The translations under genes were made by a program, and so were the position numbers. Shown in pieces: positions 40,524-53,089 of a DNA stretch of 64,000 bases. Source of the stretch: a virus. Position 1 is the first letter of the stretch. The number at the start of each line of letters is the position of its first letter. The stretch is taken from the IMG/VR virus record IMGVR_UViG_3300008266_000015, one strand, 5' to 3'. The notes under the pieces were generated by a model, which saw nothing but the letters and a program-made list of their open reading frames with translations, was not told where the DNA came from and ran no database searches.

Positions 40524-41300
40524 ATGAAAAACCATTTCATTCCTATCGATAACAAAATCGATAAAGCAATTGCATTTGCTCAATCATTAGATAACAAATC
40601 GTTTCGTACACGAAACCGAATTAAACAACCCTCAGCATATATTGATACGCTGAGTGTTGTTCAGAATCTACAACAACAAGGTTGGGAAATAACAGGAGTA
40701 TGTGAACAACGCGGTAAAGATAGAAAAATATCAAACAACTATGTTCAATTGGAACACCCTGACTTTAAAATGATGAATAAAAACAAAGTCGAAGGTATAT
40801 CAAATATCTATGTTTCAAATAGTTGCGACGGAAGAAAACCGCTTAATTTAGATTTCGGAATGTATCGTTTAGTTTGTTCAAACGGATTGATTCAACGTAC
40901 CCCGTATATTGAACATAGAATTAAACATACACCGCAAAGTATTGAACGATTGCCAATGATTATGCAAAGTGTAAATAGCGCAGCACAAAGAGTCCTTAAA
41001 AGATTCGATTCATTAAAAACAAAGGAATTGAAACCTGCACAGCTGGAGGAACTAGTAAATAAAGCAGCACGTTTAAGATTTGACGATGACGTGATGGATG
41101 CTTCTCAACTACTCACTGTATATCGAGATGAAGATAAAGGAAACGATTTATGGTCGGTATATAACAGGATTCAAGAAAATTTAATCAAAACAAATATGTT
41201 ACTAGATCGTAACGGACGACCGTTAGCAGGAGTAAACGATGTTAAAAGCGACATTGTTTTAAATCAAGCATTATTTGGATTGATAGAAAATTATGCTTAA
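40524..41300 (+). CDS. DUF932/DUF945-family protein
   Basis: NSCDG, GMYRLVCSNGL, H, R.EDKGNDLWSVYNRIQEN. Confidence 0.8.
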   Translation: MKNHFIPIDNKIDKAIAFAQSLDNKSFRTRNRIKQPSAYIDTLSVVQNLQQQGWEITGVCEQRGKDRKISNNYVQLEHPDFKMMNKNKVEGISNIYVSNSCDGRKPLNLDFGMYRLVCSNGLIQRTPYIEHRIKHTPQSIERLPMIMQSVNSAAQRVLKRFDSLKTKELKPAQLEELVNKAARLRFDDDVMDASQLLTVYRDEDKGNDLWSVYNRIQENLIKTNMLLDRNGRPLAGVNDVKSDIVLNQALFGLIENYA

Positions 41301-41357
41301 AAATTAGGATTACAAAATCAATTATCATATATTTAATCAAACGAAAAAATAAAAGTT

Positions 41358-42158
41358 ATGCTAGATCTAAATTCAAACACATTCCTTAGTAAGGAGCAAA
41401 TTAAATCAAAAGCAAATTCGATTTTTGCTACTAAAGGTGCTGAAAACACCTCACAACACTATTCACACATTCCAACATTCAAAATCATTGAAGATATGGA
41501 ATTGTTAGGATGGAAAGTTTCTGATGTTAAAGAGGTTAAAGCGCGTAAAAACGCTGGATTCCAAAAACATTTAGTTGTATTTCGTAATGAGGAAATTGTT
41601 ATTGATGGTAAAGATGGAGACACAGTATTTCCACAAATCCTATTAACAAATAGTTCAGACGGAAAAAATGCATTTACATTCCGTGCCGGACTTTTCCGTC
41701 TTGTATGTGAGAATGGTTTAGTTATTTCAACACAGGATTTTGCTGATTTAAAAATCAGACATATGGGTTATGACTTTGAAAAGTTACAGAAAACCATTAC
41801 CAATATTGTTGAGAAACTTCCACTCACAGTTGAGTCAATGAATCGTTTTAAAGAAACACAATTGGAGGAGGAACAAATCCTACAATTCGCTAAAGATGCA
41901 CTTACAGTACGTTTCGGTGAAGAGGAAATGGAACGCATTACAATTGATTACACTACATTTATTCAACCAACACGTAGAGAAGATGCAGGAAATGACTTAT
42001 GGTCAGTGTTTAACCGCATTCAAGAACGAGTAATGGATGGAGATTTCCAATACAGTTATGCAGCCAAAATACGTAAAGCACGTAAAATCAAGAACTTCAA
42101 TCAAGATTTAGATTTGAATTCAAGACTATATGAGTTAGCTACCACATATTGCCTATAA
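41358..42158 (+). CDS. DUF932/DUF945-family protein (paralog)
   Basis: NSSDG, AGLFRLVCENGL, RH.G, RREDAGNDLWSVFNRIQE. Confidence 0.85.
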   Translation: MLDLNSNTFLSKEQIKSKANSIFATKGAENTSQHYSHIPTFKIIEDMELLGWKVSDVKEVKARKNAGFQKHLVVFRNEEIVIDGKDGDTVFPQILLTNSSDGKNAFTFRAGLFRLVCENGLVISTQDFADLKIRHMGYDFEKLQKTITNIVEKLPLTVESMNRFKETQLEEEQILQFAKDALTVRFGEEEMERITIDYTTFIQPTRREDAGNDLWSVFNRIQERVMDGDFQYSYAAKIRKARKIKNFNQDLDLNSRLYELATTYCL

Positions 42159-42219
42159 AAAATAAATTGGGGAGCTTGGACTACAAGTTCCCCTTTTATA
42201 TATTTAAAATAAAAAAGTT

Positions 42220-42651
42220 ATGGAAAAAGAATTTGTACCTTATGAACAAGCATTAGCTTTAAAAGAATTAGGATTTAATGAAGAGTGTTTAACATCTTAT
42301 CATTATAATGGAACATTAATAGATATGTGGAGTGCAGTGGGTTTTGTTACAAATAGTAGTTTAATAAACCCTGAACAATTTAATGCTAATAATAATTCTA
42401 AACTTTTAAAAGATTATATTGATAATCCTTTTACAGCAGCACCAACATTCTCACAAGCATTTAGATGGTTTAGAGAGAAGTATAATTTACATGGGATAGT
42501 TTCATATTACGGAAAAAATCAATGGGATATAGAACTACTTGATTACAAAGGAAACCAATTAGTTGAAATAGAAAACAACACATTTTGGACTTATGAAGAA
42601 GCAGAACTTGCTTGTTTAAATAAACTAATTGAAATTATAAAACAGAAATAA
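42220..42651 (+). CDS. Hypothetical protein, KEFVPYEQALALKELGF family
   Basis: Paralog of 7327..7686. Confidence 0.75.
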   Translation: MEKEFVPYEQALALKELGFNEECLTSYHYNGTLIDMWSAVGFVTNSSLINPEQFNANNNSKLLKDYIDNPFTAAPTFSQAFRWFREKYNLHGIVSYYGKNQWDIELLDYKGNQLVEIENNTFWTYEEAELACLNKLIEIIKQK

Positions 42652-45600
42652 TGGAAGAAGAATTTACACCACCATCACAGGTAAACAGATTGGAAATAAT
42701 CAATCACGCCAAAAACGATAAACCAGTAGGACGAATCCTTACTTTGTATAAGGAATTAGGACATTTTGAACACATTGAAGTAGTATATCAAGATAACGGA
42801 AAAACATTAAAAATATTTTTAGGATGATAATAAGCATTATTGGAGGTACAGCAATTGTATTAAGTTTGATTGTACCATATTTTATAAAAAATAAACGAAC
42901 CGGAAATTTTATTGGAGCAGTACTAGCTGCTTTTGCTTGTGGTTTGTTTTTAGGTGAATTAATTACTAAATATTTTTCATAATGAGCGGAGGAGCATTTG
43001 ATTATAATCAATCTCGCATTCAATATATAATTGAAGGCATTGAAGAGGAAATTGAAAAAAATGGAAAGAAAATCGACTACGAACCGGGATACAAAAGATA
43101 TGAATGGGAATCAGAATACCATTACGAATATCCACCTGACATTATTGAGGAATTTAAAAATGGAATACGCATACTAAAACAAGCATATGTCTATGCTCAG
43201 CGAATTGATTGGCTACTATCAGGAGATGATAGAGAAGATTCATTTCGTAAACGATTGAAAGAGGATTTAGCACAATTAAACCCACCTACTTTTTGGGGTG
43301 AAGAAAGCGGATACTAGGATTACAAAATCTTTAGTTGTATATTTAGGTAAATAAAAAATTATGGAAAGAATAGAAATTAATGGAGTATGGTATGTTAAAG
43401 AAGATACCATACAAAAAGAAAGTACTATATTAGAGCCTACTCATTTTGAAGGATACTCTGTAGAAAATGATGATTTTATTTTTGAAGCAACTATTATATT
43501 TAAAGATGATGGTACTCCTTATTATGGTATTACTATTGAATGTACTGATAAAAGATTCCCAGATAGGAATAATTGGAAAGTAGAACATTGGGATAATGAT
43601 AATTGGTTAAGAGGTATATTAAACAATAATCCTGATTCATGGAAAGAATTACCTGAAATGAGTAGTGGAGATATTCATTTTTTACAAACATTTTTACAAT
43701 ATTTAAAAGATAAAGAATGGTTATGAAAGAAACACTTGAAGAAGCTGCTGAAAAGTATGCTAAACAATTTGATTATGCAGAAGATTCTTCACCACCAATA
43801 GATTTTGTTGAAGGTGCTAAATGGCAACAAGAAAGAATGTATAGTGAGGAAGAAGTATTAGAGTTATTACTAAAACATCAATCTGATTATAGGAGTTCCG
43901 TAAGAAATACATCTCCTTTGGATTGGAGTTTTGATATTAAAGATTGGTTTGAACAATTTAAAAAGAAATAAAATGGGAAATCTAAAACAAAAACTTACCA
44001 CTGAGGAATGGGACGAATTAATAATCTATACTAAACCAGGATTTGTTGAAAAACGGATTGAATTATCTATTCAAGAGGCAGCAGAAAAATACACATCAAC
44101 ATCTTTTAACAAACAAGATCTGTATGATGGGTTTATAGCTGGAGCAAAATGGATGATGGAAAACATTAAAACAAACTCAAAATGACAGCAGACGAATTCA
44201 ACACCAAATATAAAGACTATTTAGAGGAAGGACATTACGGACTAGATATAGACATTCCATCCATAACTAAATATCTAGATGAAATATTTCAGGGCCTAAT
44301 TAAAATACCTGGATTTCAATATTCACAAATAAAAGATAAATACTCTAATTGTAGATTCTATACTAACTTACTTGAGGTATTAGGACATAAATTAGGAGCA
44401 ATTGTATCAAATGAGGTGGAACGTAGAGTTTCTATGATGATGGAAGTATATTATGATCACTTAAATTATAAGAAAGATTAGGAATGCAAAATCTTTAATT
44501 GTATATTTAAAATAAAAAAGGTTATGAACGATTGGTCAGCATTTAATGTAAAGTATTTAGCGGTACCATTTACTATGTTGGTATTTGGTGTAGTAATAGG
44601 ATTTGGTATATCCGATTCCAAAAAGAAACCAACTAAAAAATACCCAATAGAAGTACAAACTCATTGGTCAACAGATCAAGGTGCATCTTATCCAATTATG
44701 GAAGCAGATAGTGTTATAGGTGATACTATATACAAAGATGGTATTAGTATAGTAAATAAAAACATTTTAAATATAACATTTAAATGAAAAACATACACGT
44801 AATAAACCAAAACATCTACATCACTAATGATGAAGAAATTAAAGAAGGGGATTGGGTTATTTATAAAAATAAAGTTTTTAAGATAGGAATAGGTGATAAT
44901 GAACTTTTTCATTTAAGTAAAAAAATCATCCTAACAACAGACCAAGATTTAATCAAAGATGGTGTACAAGCTATTGAAGATGATTTTCTTGAATGGTTTG
45001 TCCAAAATCCAAGTTGTGAGGAGGTTGAAGTACAATGCAGATATAATTTTTATGCAGGTCAAGATTTAACACATTACAAAATAATCATTCCAAAAGAATC
45101 TAAACTAATTAATAACTGTCCTAAGTGTGGTTTAGATTTAATCATAAGAGAACATTGTACACCAATTTGTACAGATATTGATTGCCGTGGTATTATACTT
45201 AGTAATGAAACATTAAGAGAATGGGCATCAAAAAAAGAATCTAAACAAGAAACACTTGAAGAAGCAATGGAAAGTTATTTAGATTCTCCTACGCCCCACT
45301 CATACAAAAGAGCAGTAAAATTTGGTGCTAATTGGCAACAAAAACAGATATTAGAATTTCTTTATTTAGAAATAACAGAACGTAGAGATTATTCAGCATC
45401 TAAAATGTGTGAAAAGGTAATAGAGTTTATTGAACAATTAAATACTAAGAAATGAAAGAAACACTTGAAGAAGCTGCTGCTAGACATTTTAATAAAGAAG
45501 ATTTAGTTGAAGGTGTTAATATTCAATATGTACTTCAATGTGCTTTTATTGAAGGTGCTAAATGGCAACAAGAAAGAATGTATAGTGAGGCAATTGAGTT

Positions 45601-46777
45601 TGCTGAGTGGATTAGAATTAAAGATTTCCAAACTGCATCTAAAGATAATTGGATTGGTTTAGATATGAAATACTTTACAACAGAAGAATTGTTTGAACAA
45701 TTTAAAAAGAAATAATATGAAGCAAACAGCAGTTGAGTGGTTGGTTGAAAGTTTAACGGAATTAGGTGTTGATTTATTAAGTCATAACTTAGAGATTCAA
45801 CAAGCCAAAGCAATGGAGAAGGAGCAGCATCAGCAAACTGCAGCACACTTTTTTCCTACATCATTAAAGAAAGAAGATTTTGAACAATATTATACAGAAA
45901 CTTATGAAAAATGAACATAGGACAGGAAAGAATAATAAAGAAATACGCTTGGTTACCAACTTGGGTTTGGGTTGGGAAACAAGGAAATAAAGATAAGTGG
46001 ATTTGGTTGAGACCATTTTACGAAAAACAAAAATATGTTAAGTGGAATGATTGGCAGGAAGGTGTGGGAGACCATTGGAAGACAAGTTGGAAATGTGAAC
46101 GTCAATATATTTAAAATTATAACAAATAAACTATGGCAATATTCGGAAGTAGTTGGAAAGAAGATAGTGAAGACGAAATCAATATGTTTTCACATTGGAA
46201 AGATGATGAAGATGACTCTGGTCCTGAACCAAACGAGGCACTAAAAGTAGCTAAAGAAAGATATGATGCAATGCTTGATGCTAAACCACCTTACGTAAGT
46301 GATGATTTTCAAATTGGACCTGATGGTGCATATGAGGATGTAAGTGATTGGGATATAACATTAATGGATGGAATTGAGTACGAAAGTTGGGATGAAATAT
46401 ATGAAGACTATGTTGGTGAGGCAGATCTACACGAGTTTTTACAATGGCTAAAGGAAAATTTTCAAGTACCTAATAAACTAGGACCACAAAATTCTTAATT
46501 GTATATTTAAAATAAAAAAGTTATGATATTTACAGGCAAATCAGCAGATGGTTCAGATGCAAAGGAAGTTGAAGGTATGTATATGCATCCCGATGGAGAA
46601 CAATGGTCAAATCAACCATGGATCATAACAAAAGAGGACAAAATGTATTGGGAAATACGTGACCATATTGATGGTAAACGATCACTACAAGACGAATACG
46701 ATTTAGTTAAAGCAAAGAAATCCACATTAAGTAGAGCACTACGTGATTTTTTAATTAAATTTATGGATGAGGGTTAA
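42651..46777 (+). CDS. Cluster of about 14 short hypothetical ORFs, including KETLEEAA-family members at 43723, 43973, 44784 (C-terminal part) and 45452
   Basis: Translationally coupled ORFs, several behind TAGGA promoters. Confidence 0.65.
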
Positions 46778-46825
46778 TTAGGATTACAAAACCTTTAATT
46801 GTATATTTAAATAAAAATAAGAGTT

Positions 46826-47456
46826 ATGACGCCAAAAGAAAAAGCAGATGAATTATTTAGAAAAATGTATCAAGTACGTTCTGTAGCGGCAAGTGATATT
46901 ACTAAACATTTTGCAAAACAAAGTGCATTAATTGCAGTTGATGAGATTATAAAAGAATATGGAACATATTTCAAAGTAGAAGTAGAAGGTAAATATGTAT
47001 CTTATTGGCAACAAGTTAAACAAGAAATTGAGAAACTATGACACCAAAAGAAAAAGCAGATGATTTACTGAAGAAAATGCTAGGTAAAAATCCAAACATC
47101 CAAGACGGAGTTTCAGCCATAGATACTATACAAGCTAAACTATGCGCTTTAGTAGCAGTTGATGAAATAATGAGCACCACTGATGCGGAAGACCATATTA
47201 TTTTGTATAACTATTGGCAAAAAGTAAGAAATGAAATTGAGAAACTATGACACCAAAAGAAAAAGCAGAACAATTAGTACACACATACCGAATGCTATTT
47301 ATGGATGTTGGGGGCGATTATGGGGAGGAAATACTAGTGTCTGTATTATCTAAACAGTGTGCTTTAATAGCAGTTAAAGAAATAAGATACACCCATTACG
47401 ATGCAATAACTACAATGTGGTGGAATGATGTAGAACAAGAAATAAATAAGTTATGA
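46826..47456 (+). CDS. Three tandem MTPKEKA paralogs (46826-47041, 47038-47250, 47247-47456)
   Basis: Shared MTPKEKA, AL.AV.EI and W..V..EI.KL; near-identical DNA at the junctions. Confidence 0.85.
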
Positions 47457-48130
47457 AAATCTGGCATATAAGTGACACACACACCTACCACGGACTATTA
47501 AATATTCCAAAGGATATTGATATGGTTATTCATTCAGGTGACTGTTCTAATCCACAAGATATAGTTAAGTCCCATAGTGAGATTTTAGAGTTTATAAATT
47601 GGTTTGCTTTGCTACCTATTAAATATAAAATATTTGTAGCTGGAAACCACGATGTTGCTATTGAACGCAAATGGATTACTAGAGACCATTTCATTGAAAA
47701 GGATATAGTGTATCTTGAAAACGAATCAATTACAATTGATGGTATCAATATATGGGGTTCTCCATTTACACCTTCGTTTGGTGAAGGTTGGGCATTCAAT
47801 AAAAAGAGAGACAAACTACACAACTTGTGGGCTACTATTCCTGATGATACAAATGTAGTAGTGGTTCATGGTCCACCTAAAGGTATTTTAGATCTATCAT
47901 ATGATACAACAAATAAACTAGAATTCTGTGGATGTAATGCATTTAAAAAACGAATGCTTCAATTACAACCTGAACTGTGTTTGTTTGGGCATATTCACAA
48001 CTGTGAAGATATAATTAATGCAGGCACAACTAAATTATCAGCATATAAAACAGTATATTCAAATGGTTCAGTAGTGACTGATGGTAAATTTGGTAAATTA
48101 AGTTCAAACGGAAATATATTAGAAATATGA
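47453..48130 (+). CDS. Calcineurin-like metallophosphoesterase
   Basis: SDTH, HSGD, GNHD, HGPP, FGHIH. Confidence 0.93.
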   Translation: MKIWHISDTHTYHGLLNIPKDIDMVIHSGDCSNPQDIVKSHSEILEFINWFALLPIKYKIFVAGNHDVAIERKWITRDHFIEKDIVYLENESITIDGINIWGSPFTPSFGEGWAFNKKRDKLHNLWATIPDDTNVVVVHGPPKGILDLSYDTTNKLEFCGCNAFKKRMLQLQPELCLFGHIHNCEDIINAGTTKLSAYKTVYSNGSVVTDGKFGKLSSNGNILEI

Positions 48131-51100
48131 AAGTAAAACAACTAATAGAACACTTACAAACACTTGATCCTGAATTATATGTATTTAGACCTGGATATGA
48201 AGCTGGTTTAGAGGATATAAAGGATACTAGTAGTGTAGTTCATGTTGAATTGGATTATAACAAAGAATGGTATTATGGACCACATGAACAAGTATTAAGT
48301 CCTGAAATATTTCCAAACGCAGTAAAAGGAATAGTATTATAGACTAGGACTACAAAATCTTTTAACATATATTTAAACAACTTAAAAAAATAAAGGTTAT
48401 GACGGTACAAGAATTAAAAGAAATACTTGATGAAATGAACCCAGATATGGAAGTAAAATTTTCATACAGTTATGGAGACTATTGGCGAACCCAAGTAGCA
48501 GCAAACATTTCAGATGTCGATTATGGGTATGTAAGTTATAGTGACTACCACCAAATGGATAAGGTATCTGAAGATGAAAATGAAGATACTAAGTATGTAG
48601 TTTTACTAAGTTAATTTGTTAGGATTACAAAATCTGTTAATGTATATTTAATCAACTTAAAAAAATAAAGGTTATGAACGGATTAACACAATCAGAATTC
48701 GAAATTTTGCTTAAACTAAAGCAACTAAAACAAAACAAAAAGTACATTGCTTTAAAACTACACCCTCCAATTGGAAACAGTACCATTCAGAAAGAAAACA
48801 ATCGGATGTTTATCAATGAAGGCCGAGATGGAAAATGGGAAGACATCTCAGAGAGTTTCTATGATATAGTAGTAGGAATTTACGATTCACGTTCTTAAAA
48901 AATAAAGGTTATGGCAACACGTAGTTACATTGGAAAACGTCTTGAAGACGGAAAAATTCGTTACATTTATTGTCACTTTGATGGATATCCATCACACAAT
49001 GGAGAAATCCTAACTGAATATTATACAACAGAAGACAAAGTCACTGATTTACTTGATTTAGGAGATATGAGTAGTTTAGAGCCATCTCTTTCAGAATGTA
49101 AAGTATATGATGATGGAAATGTTGCGATTGGAGATATGAGTGATTTTCTTGATGGGAATGTTTCATATTACTATTTGTTTGAAAATAATGAATGGCAATG
49201 TTTTGATTATAAAGGAGATCAAGTAACTCTCTAGGATTACAAGATTTACAAACGTATATTTAATCAACTTAAAAAAATAAAAGTTATGAAAAACGAAAAA
49301 ACAGAACGCATTGAAAGTCTTATAGATCTATCAGCACTTGCTTGGTTCAATACAGCAGCAAACACAATTGTTGTGGATATGATGAATGAAGGATGGGAGT
49401 ATAGTGATGCAAGAGAATATCTATTTGATAAAATTGATGAAATCATTGAAGCACATAAAAGACAAGATCGATTGGAAAATAAATTCTCCCCACTAATTGG
49501 AAAAAAATGTATTGTAATTGATGAGGTAATAGAGAAAAATAATGTAAAAATACATACAATTAGTGGAATTGGAGAAAATGGTGGATTGTGTTTTGAAGAT
49601 TACAATGGGGAAACTATTTTTTGTTTTGAATATGATGAAGACTTATTTGTAGAAGGATACAAAGCATGGATTCATCCAGATGAAGTATCTATTCAACTAA
49701 TAGATTAGGATTACAAAGTTTACGTTCATTTATTTAAATAAAAAAATAAAGGTTATGAAAAAAACATCTCAATCAATAGATGGAACATCGTTCCACAATG
49801 TAGTAGTTAAATGTTCATTATCAACCCTAACAAAAGTATTAGGCAATCCCGATTGTTCAGGAAATGATGGTGAGAATAAGATCAATTTTGAATGGGAAAT
49901 GGAAACAAATGACGGAGATGTATTTACAGTATATGACTGGAAGGAATATAGATCATTGAATGAAAATGAACTAATCGAATGGCACATTGGTGGAACAAGT
50001 AGGAGTATAACTGAACAAGCCGCTCGTGAAATTAGGGATGCAATAGCAAAAATCTAAAGTGTTAGGATTACAAGATTTATAAACGTATATTTAATCAACT
50101 TAAAAAACATAACTTATGACTGAATTAGAAAATTTAAAAATCGAGCTATTTAATCTTGTTGAACGTGTTAGTGCGCTATCAACTAAAAATGAAGGAACAT
50201 TTTCATTCACAAAAGAACAACTACTAAGCTATTCAAAGTTTCTAATTGATGAAGCGGTTGAAAGCATAACAACCGGTATTAAAAATGATATAACTGAAGA
50301 TTCGTTAGATGAAGTAATTGAATTAGAAATGGGTTATAATAGAGATATACGAGTTACAATTGATGAAAGAGGATTCCATAGCCAAATAGTTTCAGTGATT
50401 GAAGATTCAGTTGATTCAAACATAGAGGATTCAGTTGCTAGCGCTTTGGAACATGTGTTTCCAACCACTCAAGATTAAAATAAATAAAAGGGTAGTTCAT
50501 TAGGACTACCCTATTTTTATTTGTATATTTACAGTATGAAAGAAGATAAGAAGATAAATGGATTAAGTGAACGTCACATTGCACAAATAGTACGACGTAA
50601 AATGATTCAACGCTTCAAACCATCAGCAAAAGTATATAAACGCAACAAAAACAAAAACACAGAGCTATGAGACAACTAATCGGAAAATTTGAAGTAGTGG
50701 ATTCAATGGGGAATCTTAAGACACTAAAAGTATTTACAAACCGCGAAGAAGGTACTGTGGGGTTCTCCTTAACATCCAAATCAGGGACTTCGTTTTCAAT
50801 CAGCAATATGCAATGTGGATGGAGAGGACCACACCTACCTGATAACACATATGAATATCCAACTAACAAAGCACTAATGAAAGCAGTGAAAGAGGCTGTA
50901 AATGGAGGTGTTTGTAAAGTACAAGAAGAGAAATTATTTATTGATGTAATTTAAAAATAATGGTTATGAAAGAATTAATGTATAACCCAAGTACTGGTGA
51001 TTTATTAGCAACTAAAGCTAAAACAGATGGGAAAGTGTATCAAAGTTACTTAACTAAAGGATATATTAAAATTGGTTGGGTTGATGGGTTTAATGTAGTG

Positions 51101-52493
51101 GTTGGAGGAATTGGAGTTAAATTATAATTTATTAGGATTACAAGTTAAATTAATGTATATTCAATTAACTTAAAAAATAAAGATTATGAAAGAAACACTT
51201 GAAGAAGCTGCTGAAGAATTTATAAAAGGTTGGGGTGGTTTAACTGACTCTAAAAATTCATTTATTGAAGGTGCTAAATGGCAAGCTGAAAGAATGTATA
51301 GTGAGGAAGATTTAATTAGTTTTGCACACTTTTATTTCACAGAAGAATTTAATTCAACAATGCAAACTTCTAAATCAACAGATAAAATTTTACAAGAATG
51401 GTTTGAACAATTTAAAAAGAAATAATATGAAAGTATTTAGATTTACAACAGAGGTACAATCCATTAAAACAATACAATATATTATTGAAGCTGAAAATAA
51501 AGAAGAAGCAGCTAAAATACTCCAAAGCGGAAGTGAACGTGATGAAGGTGAAGAGATTGATGAAGATATCTATTGGGGAACAGAAACAATTATAGAAAGT
51601 AAACTAATTGAGGAACTATGAACGAACTAAAAATACATGGCTACTATCAGTGGTCCAATGCTTGTGGTTATGGAGTGATCCTTTCCGATTGTGGAGACTC
51701 AGCAAAGCTGGTACTTGAAAATCAATCAACAACTGATTGGTTAGAAATTGAATATGTTTTTAACGAGGACACTGATGGATTTGATCCAATCATTGATCCA
51801 AGTAGATACAACGTGCCTTTAAATTTGGTAATGCGAGCTTACTAGGACTACAAAGTTTATTACTGTATATTTAAACAACTTAAAAAACGTAAAAAGATGA
51901 AAAAATCAAATTCAAGTGTGTTTGTAAACACAACTATTACGAAACAATTCCCTAACGGACCAAAAGTAACTGCTGAATTTCAAACCATTGTTTGTTTGAA
52001 TAAAAGTGATGATTGGGTTATTGATTGTATTGAGCCAATGGATATTAATGAAATTGAAATGATGGGAAAAACAATCACCGATTATGAAAATAAACGTAAT
52101 ATAATTGAACATTTCAAATTAATGGGAGTTGATTTATGGGACGAAGTTGAAACGGATATGCAGAAAATCATTGATGCGAATAGTGATGCAGTTACGTTTG
52201 TAAAAGAACAAACCGGAATTATATTACCAACAAAACAAAGCAAACCAAATGATGTTGTTGAATTAACAAGACAGGAATTGGAATATGTAATAATTATGAA
52301 TGATCTAAAACAGCAATTCGGTTCATTAGGTTACTACAACGATAAACGAAAAACAACACGTCGCATCAAGATATATTCAGGTCCAAAAGAAGCAATTCAA
52401 AGATACATGTATAAAAAATATCCACATATCAAAACATATTTCAATGTTGGATATCCATGGTCAAGTGGATTATGTTTTAGGTTACCACTTTGA
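48127..52493 (+). CDS. Cluster of about 14 short hypothetical early ORFs, mostly one per promoter
   Basis: Includes MATRSYIG..YCHFDGYP (48911), a KETLEEAA member (51186) and MKVKQL/MTVQEL family members (48127, 48399). Confidence 0.65.
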
Positions 52494-52500
52494 TAATAAT

Positions 52501-52528
52501 GGGGACGTAAACGTCCCCTTTTTTATTT
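52501..52528 (+). terminator. Intrinsic terminator
   Basis: GGGGACGT-AA-ACGTCCCC plus T tract. Confidence 0.8.
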
Positions 52529-52730
52529 TACTAGGACTACAAGGTTTACATTCGTATATTTAAGTATAAGAAAAAAAAGATATGAAAACTAAAACGAAAC
52601 AACAGATACTAGCTGAGATGCTACAAAAAGAATTAAACTCAACAGAACAAATGTGGGAAGAAGGTAAATCACATGCCTTCATAATTGGATATTTAAAAGG
52701 TCTAATCAAAATAACCATTTCAGAACTAAA

Positions 52731-53039
52731 ATGATATATCTACCTATAGCAACTCAACATATCCCACCTGCCATTGCAAATACAAGTCAAGGTAGATACG
52801 CTATAATGGATGGTAAATGGTACGAAATTGGACAAACCATTACATTGGAGTTTGTTAGGAAACATTGGAAACCAAAACCAATTGAAACTAATTCAATTAA
52901 AACATTTGCTATTAAGAGCTCGAATGGAAAAGAACAGTACACCGTTACTGTGAATGGGAAATATTGGCAATGTAATTGTCCGAGTTGGAAAAACCCATGT
53001 AAACACATTGGTATAGCTAAAGCTCAAATTAAGGAATAG
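52731..53039 (+). CDS. SWIM zinc-finger protein
   Basis: Y.VTV....WQCNCP....PCKH. Confidence 0.75.
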   Translation: MIYLPIATQHIPPAIANTSQGRYAIMDGKWYEIGQTITLEFVRKHWKPKPIETNSIKTFAIKSSNGKEQYTVTVNGKYWQCNCPSWKNPCKHIGIAKAQIKE

Positions 53040-53089
53040 GACTACAGAATTTACAGTTGTATATTTAAGTAAACGAAAAAATAAAAGTT

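Noticed and set aside
43723-51430. Diversity-generating retroelement behind the variable gene families
   Set aside because: No reverse transcriptase in the window, and the differences are block replacements rather than adenine-specific substitutions.
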